A stretch of DNA of 64,000 nt from Raja brachyura (GCA_963514005.1 OY740807.1:1674001-1738000); one strand, 5' to 3'; shown: positions 13,069 to 26,731, numbered from the stretch's first letter. Program-made: numbers and translations. The notes: generated by a model not told the origin, from the sequence alone.

Positions 13069-14524
13069 GCAAGAAGAGGTAGAAGTAGGGTCACCTACAT
13101 CAGTGTACTGCGGAACGACACATGCTTTGACAGCATTAACAATCTGATGACTGCCATGCTAGATAATCTGGTCTGAGGTGCTATATTCGTGGAACCAGGG
13201 ATGGCATATAGGCTAAGGCCAACGAATGCCCTTGCATTAGTAGAAGTAGTGACAGTAGTGACAAATGGCAATATACATTCAGAAGCATCTGAATGATTTT
13301 GCAGCATCATGCCAGCATGCTGGGTGCTGAGTGACAGTGAACTAATTCCAGTCATGCTAGTCAGCATGGCTCAACGATATTAACACTGGGTGATTTTATA
13401 AAATTGTACTTACCATGCTACTCACGTTTATGTGACATTTACCAGGAGCACCTGAATGATTATGCAGCATGATGCCAGCATGTGTGATTGTTTGGTAAGC
13501 TCTATAATGAAATGTGAATTTTATGTTATGCTATATATTTTTAATGTTATGGAATCAAAATCAAGAATTATAAATTCACATTTCATAAATTATTTCACAA
13601 TTCAGTTGGACTGATTTTCAGTACTCCATACTGATATTTGAGAATACATGAGGTTGCATGCAAAATACTGAAAATTCTGTGTAGTACGTTCTATTGCATT
13701 CATGTGAGAAATACCAATTTCCCCAACAAAATACTGATTGGAGCCATCAAAATACGGAAATGCTCGGTGAAACTTGGCAGTTCTACAATTATTCAAAATC
13801 ACATTTTGTTTGGGAATTCAAAATGTGATTTGGGATCTTGTTTATGAGTCATCATGGAACTAGAATTTGTTATAATAGTATGACAGTAGGTCATACTATT
13901 AGTTTGGTTAGTTTGAAAGCGGTCGTAGTAATGTAAATGCATCATTTAGTTTGACTTCAATTTTCATGATGGAAATTGAAGTCGAACTAAATGTTGTATT
14001 CACATCACTATTCCATGTTGAAATTGATGTGATGTTGAGTTGTTCGATCAGGAGGACCATTAAAGGTGCACTGCACACACTAACACAGTCTAACAGTAAC
14101 AGGCAATCAAATCAATTCACAAAACATTTTCTGAAAAAGTGTTTTGTTTACTGCAAAAACTTACAGTATTTTATTTGCAGTTTTTACATGCTCCTTTATA
14201 ACATTTTACAACAGTACATTTTGAATATTAAAAAAAGGACACCAATGCTTGATTTAAAAATAATGAATACAACAATGACCCCAATCATCCCATTCCACCC
14301 ACTCATTACTCTTGACTCAACCAAAATTATTTCTGAAATATTGGTGATAAATTTGGTGCAAAAAAGCTCCAAAATAAGGCTCCAAATGCTTCAAAGAGTA
14401 TCTAAAACCCCAGAGCTTCCAGGGCCCTTAAGCGGGCCCTGGACCCCGGCCACGATGGGTTTCGCCCTCGTGATTATTTCACATAAAATGTTTGTTACCC
14501 TGCCATTCCAACTCCCTTTTTGAA

Positions 14525-15420
14525 AAGTTTTATACGAGTCTGCTGTACTTGCCGCAGGTGTGGCCTGTCCCTCCCTCCTACGCCACAGACATCTCCCGGG
14601 CCATCTTCCAGTTCATCTGGGGGTCGAGGATGGATTCGGTGCAACAGAATGCACAACTCAGCAGACAAAGGGGGTAAAAGTGTGCCCAACGTTGCCTTCA
14701 CCCCGATTGCCATCTCCATGTGTGGCTGCATCAGGCAGAACATAGAGCCAAGGCATGTGGGCACCAAGTGTCACTACCTGCTGAGGTTCTACCTGTCCCC
14801 GGTGTTGCAAAGTATAGGCCTGGCACAGATGCCACACAATGCTCCAGTCAGCTGGACATTGCCGCACCATCTGTCATTCGTGGAAAAGTTCTTCCGGACC
14901 AACACCTTTGACCACAAGTCCATCGGGCCGGGTTAGCTCGGAACATCATGCAGGCACTGCAGGGAAATGTCTCCATGGATCCTGTGGCGTGGTTCCCGGA
15001 GTAGATGGCACAGCTTGAATGGCGAAATGCCTGATCACCAGAACTCACCAACAAGCACCAAGTCCTGGCTTGGCTGGTGGTGACGGTAGCCACCCCAGTC
15101 AGATCCTTCCTGTATTTGCTGAGGGACGCACTGAAGCTTGGTGCAGCCAACGCCAAGGCTCTGTGGGGGAAGTCCAGGGTTGAGGGTCATTCCGCTGCTG
15201 GACATTGGCGGGCAGGGTGTGGTGGGGATGCCCCTCGAAAATAAGGGAAGGGATTCCACGTCAGTGGGTCTCATGAATGGCAAAGGTGGGGGATAAATGT
15301 GTGAAATTTGTGCAAACAGTTTTGAATGTTTGTATAGCCTCCGAAATTGTCAGATGACATTTTTGCACGGTTCCTGTATTGTATATATTTATTACTTGAA
15401 TAAAGTCTACTTTGAAATAA
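14525..15420 (+). mobile_element. Tx1-clade LINE 3' fragment
   Basis: LLYLPQVWPVPPSY...AIFQFIWGSRMD...KGGKSVPNV; ends aataaagtctactttgaaataa. Confidence 0.7.
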
Positions 15421-15599
15421 TGTTTAAAGAGTTCTCCAGGATGAGGCTATCCCATTGCATTTCGGGTGTGCTGACGCCTACAATGTCCCCAAATGCGGGA
15501 TACTCAACTGCAACATTTGTGATAGCGGGGGCTGCATTCTCCCCTGATTTTCGAACTAAAACCAGAATAAAATGCTTTTGTGGCTACAATCTCTAAGAT

Positions 15600-17065
15600 T
15601 TAGAAACATAGGAATATAGAAAATAGATGCAGGAGGTGGACATTCGGCCCTTAGAGCCAGCACTGCCATTCATTGTGATCATAGCTGATCGTCCCAAATC
15701 TATAACCCGTGCCTGCCTTCTCCCCATATCCCTTGATTCCACTTGTTCCTAGAGCTATCTAACTCTCTCTGAAATCCATCTGGTGAGTTGGCCACCACTG
15801 CCCTCTGTGGCAGGTAATTCCACAAATTCACAATTCTCTGGGTGAAAACGTTTTTTCTCACCTCACTCTTAAATGGCCTCCCCTTTATTCTAAGACTGTG
15901 GCCCCTGGTTCTGGACTCGCCCAACATTGGGAACATTTTTTCTTGCATCTAGCTTGTCCAGTCCTTTTATAATTTTATATGTTTCTATAAGATCCCCCCT
16001 CATCCTACAAAACTCCAGTGATTACAAGCCTAGTCTTTTCAATCTTTCCTCATATGACAGTCCTGCCATCACAGGGATCAATCTTGTGAACCTACGCTTC
16101 ACTGTCTCAATCACAAGGATGTCCTTCCTCAAATTAGATCAAAACTGTACACAATACTCCAGATGTGGCGTTACCAGAACCCTGTACAACTGCAGAATCC
16201 TCTGTCCTCCAGTACATGGGAGATTGTTTGTGCCTTCCTTATTGAACACAGATCCGAAGTAGCTATTCAACTCTTCTGCCATTTCTTTGTTATCCATAAT
16301 AATTTCACCCATGTCTGCCTTCAAGGGACCCACATTTGACTTTGCTACTCTTTTTCCCTTAACGTATCTAAAGAAGCGGTTACTGTCCTTCTTTATATTC
16401 CTGGCTAGCTTCCCCTCGTACTTCATCTTTTCAGCCCTTATTGCCCGTTTTGCTTCCTTCTGTTGTCCTATGAAAGTTTCCCAATCCTCTGGCTTCCGGC
16501 TACTCTTTGCTGTGTTATACATCTTTTCTTTTAGTTCTATTCTATCCCTAACTTCTCTTGTCAGCCACAGTTGCCTCCTACTCCCCTTAGAATCTCTATT
16601 CCGTTTTGGAATGAAATGATCCTGCGTCTTCTGGATTATGCCCAGAAATTCCTGCCATTGCTGTTCCATCCTCTTTTCTGCTAGGATCCCTTTCCAGATA
16701 GGCAGATGGTTGGACAAAGGCCAGAAATAAAAAGACAGAAAAAGACTCAAAGTGCTGGAGCAACTCAGCAGGTCCGGCAGCATATCCAGCGAGCCTGGAT
16801 AGGTGACGTTTCAAGTTAGGACCCTTCTTCAGACTGAGTGTAGGGGAGGGAGGGGAAGAAAGCAACAAGAGAGGAGGGGCAGGACAAAGTGTGGCAGGTA
16901 ATAGGAGAATTGGTGATGAGATCGAAATAGTCTGGGAGATGATGGCCCCGTGTTTGTCGGATGATTGGGGATGATCAGCCATGATCACATTGAATGGCGG
17001 TGCTGGCTCAAAGGGCCAAATGGCCTACTCCTGCACCTACTATCTATTGTCTATTGTATATTGTC
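15600..17065 (-). mobile_element. CR1 fragments plus Penelope tail
   Basis: ORFs 15700..15948 and 16139..16783; Penelope-type tail 16740-16900. Confidence 0.8.
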
Positions 17066-17111
17066 TACAGTTACTAGCAAGTGGCTACACAGGTGAACAG
17101 CATGGTGAGAA

Positions 17112-17208
17112 GAGTCTGAAGAAGGGTTTCGGCCCAAAACGTTGCCTATTTCCTTCGCTCCATAGATGCTGCTGCACCCGCTGAGTTTCTCCAGCACTTT
17201 TTTCTACC
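17112..17208 (+). mobile_element. 97-bp Penelope-derived hammerhead/tail insertion with 11-bp TSD
   Basis: catggtgagaa duplicated at 17101-17111 and 17209-17219; insert begins gagtctgaagaagggtttcggcccaaaacgtt. Confidence 0.7.
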
Positions 17209-18063
17209 CATGGTGAGAACATCACTTGCCAATCTATTCTTACTGACCGAGATTGACCAGCAGGTGGTGCATGCAACAGACTGATTTGTGATAATTGCGT
17301 TGCCATGAGACAAAACACACAGGGAACATCTTTATTCCATTTAAACATATCTTTATGTAATGTAGAAATCTAACTTTACAGTACACAGGGAATCTATAGA
17401 GTGCAATGAACACTTTATGCAACAGAATATATTTGTATTGCGCACAGCTCTTGCTTACAGCACGGATATTTTTCATTGAATATTCGACATTTCTCGGCAT
17501 TGTTAACATTTATTCAGTGCCGAACACCCTTGCATCTGTAGAGCCAGGTGTCACATGTCACATTCATGAAAAAATACTGTTTTAGCTACCAGGAAATTTT
17601 TTTTTAGTAACTCACTCAACATGATGTTACATTTGTGTTGAATAATTTTTATTAGAAGTATAAGTACAGGTGTAAGTACAAATATAAGTACATATAAAAA
17701 CATGATGTTACATTTGACATGGCGAACAATATCTCAGCAATCGGCCGGCCATGTTTTCGTTGATGCATCGATGAAGGAGTTGTAGGCGTGCGCCTCACTT
17801 GAATGGGGACAAACCATATCAAATCCATGAAGCCAGCAAAAGACAGGTTTAGCCAAGGCTCTTTCCAGTGTCCATGAATCCCCGTTTGTTCAGCAGAAAG
17901 TGTAAGCAATTGTAAGCAAAATTGTTTAGTTTAAAGATAATTCCCCTCAGGACTGTCGATGAGATCCAAAAGGGTTGGCATAAAGAAAAGGGACGAATAG
18001 TAAACCCAGTGACTTCAAAGGCAACACAGGGTGGAGTGTGAGTTATTGAAGTGTAGCCATTAC

Positions 18064-19592
18064 CATACCTGCCAACATTTGGAAATGAAAAATCTTACTC
18101 TGAGTGCACTCGCCCCTTAAGGGTGGGGTCCAGGAGCCCGCCTTAGCTCCCGGATTTTAAGTTTTTTTTTGTAGTTTGCCGATATCATGATATATTCAGA
18201 GCTGCCAGGTTTTGTCAAAGCATTTCAGTATCCTAGTACCTGGAAATCAGTATTTTGCTGCGGATTTTTACGCGGTTCTCTTTTGCTGATTTTTTTTTTT
18301 TAAGCGCATTTTGTATGTGGTGTGTATTTGTAATACGCTTTACTGTGTATTATATGTCATAGCTGCTTTCTTGCACTTGGTAGCTAAGTCATTTGGTAGC
18401 AAGGAAGGAATCTCTCTCTCTCTCCTTTCTACCTCTCTCTCTCCCTCCTTTCTACCTCTCTCTCTCTCCCCCCCCTGGCCTTCTCTCTCACTCCCCCCCA
18501 CTCTCCCTCCTTCCTTCCCCCTCCCTCCCTCTCTCTCTCTCTTTCTCCCTCTCTCCCTCCCAGTCTCTCCCCTGTCCCTCCCTCTCCCTCTCTCCCACCC
18601 CCTNNNNNNNNNNNNNNNNNNNNNNNNNNNNNNNNNNNNNNNNNNNNNNNNNNNNNNNNNNNNNNNNNNNNNNNNNNNNNNNNNNNNNNNNNNNNNNNNN
18701 NNNNNNNNNNNNNNNNNNNNNNNNNNNNNNNNNNNNNNCTCTCTCCCTCCCGCCCCTCTCCTCCCCTCTCACTCTCTCCCCTCCCTACCTATCCCTCCGT
18801 CCCTCGCGCTCTNNNNNNNNNNNNNNNNNNNNNNNNNNNNNNNNNNNNNNNNNNNNNNNNNNNNNNNNNNNNNNNNNNNNNNNNNNNNNNNNNNNNNNNN
18901 NNNNNNNNNNNNNNNNNNNNNNNNNNNNNNNNNNNNNNNNNNNNNNNNNNNNNNNNNNNNNNNNNNNNNNNNNNNNNNNNNNNNNNNNNNNNNNNNNNNN
19001 NNNNNNNNNNNNNNNNNNNNNNNNNNNNNNNNNNNNNNNNNNNNNNNNNNNNNCCCTCTCTCTCCCCCCCATCTCCGCCACCCTCTCACCCCCTCCCTCT
19101 CCCCCTCTCTCCCCCCACCTCTCTCCCTCCCGCCCCCCTCTCTGCCTCCCCCCTCTTTCCTTCTCTCCTTCTCTCCCACCCTCCCTCTCCCTCCCCCTCC
19201 CTCCACACACACAACTACAACACCTACAACAAGACTCTATGCTTTACACTCTGTGCAAACAACAGAGACAAAGTGTTGGGGGCAGCCATCTTCCGCTTCA
19301 GTGGGGGAAGCTGGTCGGTGATTGGCCCCTCGGAAACAGCGTCTGATTGGCTACCGTGTGATCAGCGCATTCTGTGATTGGACACAATGGTCTTGGAGAC
19401 AGCGGCTGATTGGACGGGTATTTTATGGGAAGCCGGTAGCTGATTGGACGCAACCCCCTTAGAGACAGCGGTTGATTGGCCATTGTTTCTCCCTCATTTC
19501 AAAATCGTCCTGTTCAGATTTGTTCAAAAATTGACTTTTTAAACTTATAAATCGGAAGAAATACGATACAATCGGACTAATTGGTAGGTATG
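18064..19592. mobile_element. Non-autonomous DNA transposon with CATACC TIRs and 6-bp TSD (hAT-like)
   Basis: CATACCTGCCAA ... TTGGTAGGTATG, flanked by cattac at 18058-18063 and 19593-19598; internal CT-rich tract with two assembly gaps. Confidence 0.7.
18410..19205 (+). repeat. Polypyrimidine (CT/CCT) low-complexity tract containing two N gaps
   Basis: Seen directly; N runs at about 18604-18738 and 18813-19053. Confidence 0.95.
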
Positions 19593-20149
19593 CATTACTA
19601 GAACCGCTCACACTGTGATTGGATCTACAAATCTAGACACAAATTTGTGCTCTCCACTAAAGACCCACCATTACATGTATGAAATGGATGTTTACCACAA
19701 CGAGGATGATTCGGTGGGGATTGAGATTGCCATAAAGAGACTAGTGTACAAGGATGAGAGGATAAATGTGATCTGTGCAGGGGAGTGCAACTGTGAAATA
19801 CTCACAGTTAGAGAAGACATTGGTGGAGGTCATTGGGACTTGTGGTCTGCATGCCTGTCTGTCTCATCACCTTGTGTAGCCGACTGCAGGCATTTAGATT
19901 TAACATCTCCAGTGCTGTATTCACCACCCCTCGTTTTAAATTCCTTTCCATGTTGTCTGACATTAGGCTCTTATTCCATCCACTTCTAAACTGCTGACGT
20001 AAATATTTTAATTACAGAGAGGACAAAATCCCAATTTCTGCACCACATAGACGCCCAATCTAAAAGTGAAATGTTGTAATTGATAATATCAATTGGACAA
20101 AGTGTTGGGGGCAGCCATCTTCTGCTTCAGTGAGGGAAGCTAGCCGATT

Positions 20150-21100
20150 AAATCATTGGACAAAGTCAGCATGGATTTATGAAAGGTAAATCATATCTGA
20201 CGAATCTTATAGAATTTTTCAAGGATGTAACTAGCAGAGTGGATAAGGGAGAACCAGTGGATGTGTTATATCTGGACTTTCAAAAGGCTTTCGACAAGGT
20301 CCCACATAAGAGATTAGTATGCAAACTTAAAGCACACGGTATTGGGGGTTCAGTATTGATGTGGATAGAGAACTGGCTGGCAGACATGAAGCAAAGAGTA
20401 GGAGTAAACGGGTACTTTTTTGAATGGCAGTCAGTGACTAATGGGGTACCGCAATGCTCAGTGCTGGGAACCCAGCGATTTACAATATGTATTAATGATT
20501 TGGATGAGGGAATTGAATGCAACATATCCAAGTTTGCGGATGACATGAAGTTGGGCGGCAGTGTTAGCTGTGAGGAGGATGCTGGGAGGCTGCAAGCTGA
20601 CTTGGATAGGCTGGGTGAGTGGGAAAATGTATGGCAGATGCAGTATAATGTGGATAAATGTGAGGTTATCCACTTTGGTGGCAACAACAGGAAAATAGAC
20701 TATTATCTGAATGGTGGCCGATTAGCAAAAGGGGAGATGTAACGAGACCTGCGTGTCATGGTACACCAATCATTGATAGTCGGCATGCAGGTGCAGCAGG
20801 CAGTGAAGAAAGTGAATGGTTTGTTAGCATTCATAGCAAAAGGATTTGAGTATAGGAGTAGGGAGGTTCTACTGCAGTTGTACAGGGTCTTGGTGAGACC
20901 ACACCTGGCGTATTGCGTACAGTTTTGGTCTCCAAATCTGAGGAAGGACATTCTTGCCATAGAGGGAGTACAGAGAAGGTTAACATAGAAACATAGAAAA
21001 TAGGTGCAGGAGGCGGCCATTCGGCCCTTCGAGCCAGCACCACCATTCATTGTGATCATGGCTGATCGTCCGTTATCAATAACCCGTGGTTCACCAGACT
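20150..21100 (+). mobile_element. CR1 RT fragment with an inverted CR1 tail inserted
   Basis: ORFs 20179..20742 and 20758..20988. Confidence 0.88.
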
Positions 21101-21764
21101 GCCCCCCCCCCTTTATATATCTCATGCCACGGGTCCGATATGGAATAAAAGAGGAGAGACCACGTGAGACTGAGTCGATCTTCTTGGACCGTGCTGACTA
21201 TCTGGAGGTGTCTATTCGCACGAGGCTGAAGGGCGTGGATGAATAGAGAGAAGGATCGCACACACGGTGTTGGTTAGGTATCGTATAGGAAGTGCTTTCG
21301 TGTTTGAGAAGTGAAGAAGTTAGTTGATCCAGAGCTTGACAGTGTTTTACTGAACCAGACCAACTGTGTGAGATTAGGAGCTAAATTACATAATGACGTA
21401 AAAGGGGCAGTGGAGGTTCAGTGGGGCAAGCTTAGAGCTGAGAGTCAAGGCAGCCAAACCACTGTGGGTAGTTGGAGAGTGCAGAGATATGAAGATTTAC
21501 AGTGGGACCATAGATGAAGAAGAGCAAAGGTTTCAGAGGGTTGCAGGACTGGAAGAGGTTCCAGAGAAAGAGAGGGGATGAGGGCCCAGGAGTGATTTGA
21601 ACATGAGGTTGAGAATGCTAAAACTGAGTCAGGGAACTGGTGGAGCAAAGCATTAACACACACACTGTTCATTGCCCAGTGACCAGGAAGAGAAGGCTCC
21701 AATGTCCACAGTTGGTGATCAGTGAGGCCCACTAATCAGCTCGCAGATCCAGAGCCACAAGAAA

Positions 21765-22385
21765 CCGCAAGTGCTGGAATCATGGGTAAAACACAAAGTG
21801 CTGGAGTAACTCAACATTTCAGGCAGCATCTCTGGAGGACATGATGTTTCGGGTTGGGTCCCTTCAGACTGACTGTAGAAGGAGTGAGAAAGCTGGAAGA
21901 GAGGCTGCAGATCCACATAGGAATGGCAGAGACCAAGCACCTGTTAATTTGACACAATCACCATTTTCTCCATGTCTCCAAATTAACCTGAAAAGCACAA
22001 GAGAAGCCTATGAATAAACAAGATATTGCAGAAACTGGTTTCCACAAAAGGACACAAAGTGCTGCAGTGACCCAGTGGTTCAGGCAACATCTCTGGAGAA
22101 CATAGAGAGTTGATGCTTCGAATCGGGACCCTTCTTCAGACTGGAAAGCCAATGAGATGACCTCTCCTTGTGCTGAACTCCAGCAAGTACGGATAGACAC
22201 TGCTTCACCGGTCCTTAATCTCAGGTGCCAACTTTTATATGGAACACAAAATTTACAGAAGCTGGAATTCCGAGACAAAGACGGACCATGCTAGGAATCA
22301 TCAGCAGCTCAGGCAACTTATGTGGAGAGAGAAGCAGAGCTGAGACATTTCACTTGCTCCCTAGGAGATGCTTCCCGACCAGCCG
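21765..22385. mobile_element. Several Penelope-type tail/hammerhead remnants
   Basis: Repeated acacaaagtgctggagtaactc...cccttcttcagact. Confidence 0.55.
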
Positions 22386-23429
22386 AGTACTGTAAACCCT
22401 CGTTCTAATGTAGCCCGTTATAATGGATTTCGGATACAGCGGACGGACCTGCTGACGCCATCCAGGCTCGTACCATCTCACCAGCCGTTCAGAGCCCCGG
22501 CATCCAACCCCACCTCCAACTTGCAAGGTGCACTAGAGAGCCCTTCTTCACCTACAGCAAGGTCTGGGTGACGCATCTGTTGTTGCGGCTCACCATGTAA
22601 TGCTTTCTTTGGGCAGCCGCCTCAGATACTTCAGTCACTGACTATGGGGCTCTCACCTGCTGCTGCTTCTTGTGTTGGCGGTACATTTGTCCACTCCCGT
22701 GTCGATGGCCACTGCCCACTAGGCCTCTCCCCCACCCCCACCAGATACTCATTATTTCCCCCCACAGTCACCAACATACTCAAATTTGGAGGCGGCAACA
22801 GGTCAGCCTCACGGTGACAGAAGGCGTCTTGTCGTTGGCAGCAGCCTGAAAAAAGCGTTGTCGGCCAGCACGACAACATGAGCCACAATAACAGCCACGC
22901 CAAGAAGGGCTCGCTGATGAAGACCAGTTGCAATGGCGCCAAGCTTTAAGGTCTAACAACACAAAATGCTGGACTGACTCAGCAGACTGAATCAGTGTGA
23001 AGAAGGCTCCCGATGTCTCCTACCCACGTTCTCCAGAGATGCTGCCTGACCTGCTTTGTAAATCTGTGTACTGTCCCATTGAAGTCCACTAATCTTACAT
23101 CCCACCGACGCATTTCAATGCCTATTAATTATTGTGATTATGTATAGTATGATTTTACTGAATTGTATGCAAAATAAAGAATTTCACTCTACGCTGGTAC
23201 ACGTGACAATAATAAACCTAAACTTGTCCCTTTAGCTGCAGTCGCATCCACAGGCAGGAGATCACGACCAGACCCACACTTCCATCCCGGGACGGCTGCG
23301 GCCGGTCCCATCTTTCACCCCCGGCTCCCATCCCCTCTCTTCCTACCTCTGCCGAACACACCAGGACCTGCAATCTAAGATACCTCTGCTGCGCAACACT
23401 ACTCAGGGCCCTCCGATTTGATACTCAAG

Positions 23430-24360
23430 GTAAAGGGAGCATTACGAGGTCGCGATCACAACATGACAAGTTTTAATCTGCAAATTGAGAGGGAGAAGGT
23501 GAAATCGGATATGTCGGTATTGCAGCTGAGCAAAGGGGATTACAACGGCACGAGGAGGAGCTGGCAAAAGTTGACTGGAAAGAGACCCTAGCATGGGTGA
23601 CGGTGGAACAGCAATGGCAGGAATTTCTGGGAATAATCCAAAAGATGCAGGATCTTTTTATTCAAAAGAGGAAGAAAGTTTCAGGGGGAGAAAGAGGCGA
23701 TCATGGCTGACAAGGGAAGTCAAGGACAGTATAAAAGATAAAGAGAAGGCATATAGCGAAGATTAATAGGAAACCAAATGATTGGGGAGCTTTTATAGAA
23801 CAACAGAAGGTAATTAAAAAGGCAATACGGGAGAAAAGGTGAAATACGAAAGAAAGCTAACCAATAATATAAAAGAGGATAGGAAGAGTTTCTTCAGTTA
23901 TATAAAGAGTAAGAAAGAGGCTAGTGTGGAAGTTGGGCCGCTGGAAAATGATACAGGAGAAGTGATAATGGGGAATAAAGAAATGTCAACTTTGTTGCTG
24001 CAGTCTTCACAGTGGTGACACCAGCAACGTGCTTGAAATTCAAGAGAGTCAGGTGTTGAACTTTGTGGAGCGGCTATTACTCAGAACAAGGTACTTGGGA
24101 AGCTGAAAGGGCTGAAGATGGATAGGTCACCTGGACCAGATGGACTGCACCCTAGGGTCCTGAAAGACGTGGGTTTATTGTGGAAGCATTGACAGAGATA
24201 TTTCAAGAATCACCATAGACAGGAGAGGTCTCATATGATTGGAAAATTGCCAATATTACCCCGCTGCACAACAAGGGAGCAAAGCAGAATAGTGGGAACT
24301 ATTGGCCAGTTAGTCTGACTTCAGTAGTTGGTAAATTTTTAGAGTCCTTTATAAAGGAGT
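23430..24360 (+). mobile_element. Degenerate CR1 ORF2 fragment
   Basis: Similar to the ORF2 linker and RT N-terminus (SPGPDGLHPRVLK). Confidence 0.8.
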
Positions 24361-25349
24361 CAATCTGCATTCTCCATCCTCAGCCCTCTAGCACAGCTGA
24401 TCAAGAGCCTGTTGTAATGTTTGACAACAATCTGACATTGACCAGTGGGTGTGACAGTACAGATTCCACCGAGGCTTCTGCACTGAGGAATTCGGGTGCC
24501 TGGGGATTATGCAAGGCAGCGACGTGGAGAGAGTCACCCGCGATTGTAGCAAGTGAAGGAACAGGCCCATTGTTGCTCTTCTCTGATGTGACCTGGAATG
24601 AAGCATTGACTGAATTCCTTGGATCACCGTTATGTCCAACGGTGAGCGCGGAGTGTGCGAGTGAGGTGTCCGTGGATAGAGGCCACGAGCCCCTGATCCG
24701 CCCCCCCCCCCGGGTCGTTGTGATATCCTAATATTTCCCTGCTGCTGATCCCAGTCCCCGCTCCTCCCGAATATTATATATTTATCACAGCTGGAAACCT
24801 CGGCGATTTCTCCCTCCCGCAGCGAGCTCTTTCGCAATTATTATCAAATCAACTTACTATCAATTAAAATATTGAAGTTTATCGCTTGAAAGAGCAATGA
24901 ACTGCAATTAATGAAAATATTTTTTAAAGGCTACATTTCAGGTTCATCGTCTTCCGGAGATTGCAGTTTCTTAATGTTAAATCATTTTTCAAAATGCTCC
25001 CCCACGACTCCCTCCTCCCTCACAGGGTCCCAGCGACCGCGACACCTGCACCGCTTCACAAACAACCAAAAACAGCATCGATTTGTATAACGGCAGCTAA
25101 ATAAAGACCGCGCCAACACCGGCCGGGTCCCCGTGGGGAAATGACGAGAACGCAGCTGCATCAGCGCCGCTCAAACACACGGGCTGGCGCCTGGGCTGCT
25201 CGGCCCATGGACCGTCGGCAATGTGGTGGTGACTGGACACAATGAGACTGATGGAGGGAGACATGTTCCAGTTCATAATTCAACCGAGTTATCGATTTCA
25301 AGTCCCAGCCCATCAGCTTCCACATCAATGTAATCCTTCTCAAAAACCC

Positions 25350-26065
25350 ATGCTCTCTAATACTTCATTTTCCTACCCCGGAATAAAGAGTCTGCATTCA
25401 CACTATCTATCCGCCTCATGATTATATAACTCTCTATAGGGTCACCGCTCAGCCTTTTGTGTTCCAGGAATTAAACCCTAACCTGCTCAACCTCTCCCTG
25501 TAACTCGGGCACTCCAGTTCTTGCAACACCCTTGTGAGTCTCGATGCACTTTTTCCAGCTTAATTAACGTGTTTCCAACATTAGAGTGACCAAGTCTTGT
25601 CACGACTCACCTATTGTGGTCTCATCAACGTTTCTTGCAAATGTCAGAATCTAACTTCTATACTTGACTGATGCAGGACAATGTTCCGAAAGCTTCCTTG
25701 ACCATCCAGTCTACTTGTGACAACACTGTTATGGAACCATGTACCTGTACTCCCTCTGCTCAACAACACTTCATATTTACCGGTTACACCAATTTTAAGG
25801 AATTGTGCTCTCCAACCACCCCCCCACCCCCCACCCCCCACCCCCCCCCCCCCCCAACCCCCCGGGCCTTCATTGTGAACCTCCTGCCCTAGATTGTCTT
25901 CCCAAAATGCAACGCATTGCAGTTATCTACATTGCGCTCCATTTGAAGTTCTTCAGAGCATTTGACAAGCTGATCAAGATCCTGTTTAAACCCCTGATAA
26001 CCCCCTCAATGTCAGCATTACCAGCTATTTTGTGGCATCTGCAATGTGACTAATCATGCCTTGTA
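25350..26065 (-). mobile_element. Old CR1 RT remnant
   Basis: Degenerate antisense RT 3' sequence. Confidence 0.55.
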
Positions 26066-26731
26066 CAATCCTATACATATTTGACAACTCCGACACCGAG
26101 GCACGAGAGAACACAGAGTGTTTGGGACAAGCTTCAAACATACCCTAAACTGCAATAGGTTAAGAGAGACTATTTAATCAATCAAGACGACCCCAGCTGC
26201 TTTGTTGTTATCGGGAAATGCGGGTGCCAGGACACACGGGAAGGCACCCGAACAGATTACCAAACGCTCCGGTCGAAATGTGGTCTTAAAGAGTATGTTA
26301 CTGGAACACAGGGAGGTGCAGAGGTTAAGAAAACTCAAGGGCTCACGACTATCTCAGCCGAAGGCAGGAACGCTCATGGCGGCCGCGGTTTGATTTGGGA
26401 CCCAATCATTGTGAATGAGGCGAAGCGGAGGTGTTGGTGCTTGTGGGGCTGCAGGAGGGAGGTTCCTGGGTATGGGTCGGGGGTTCTGTGGAGGGCTGAG
26501 GACAATGGGTGCGGTGCTCCCGATAATTAACTGCAGGGAACTTCACTCATGATGATCGCACTGTTCATCCATCGGTATAGACATGGTGAAGGGGTGAAGG
26601 GTGGTGGTGATTCACGGAGTCACGGTGAAAACCGAAACACAGTTGTCCAAGTGGAACGGCTCTTCTCAGAATAGACGACTGGCTCTCAGAACAACCCGTA
26701 CTTGAGCTGTCGTAATACACCCGTTTTAATG

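Noticed and set aside
13951-14523. 190-aa ORF
   Set aside because: Non-ATG start, AT-rich, no recognisable domain
18311-19346. Long Pro/Ser/Leu-rich ORFs
   Set aside because: Artefacts of the CT low-complexity tract and N gaps
22783-22820. J-segment-like KFGGG...LTVT
   Set aside because: The two halves are in different frames with wrong spacing; no upstream RSS and no splice donor
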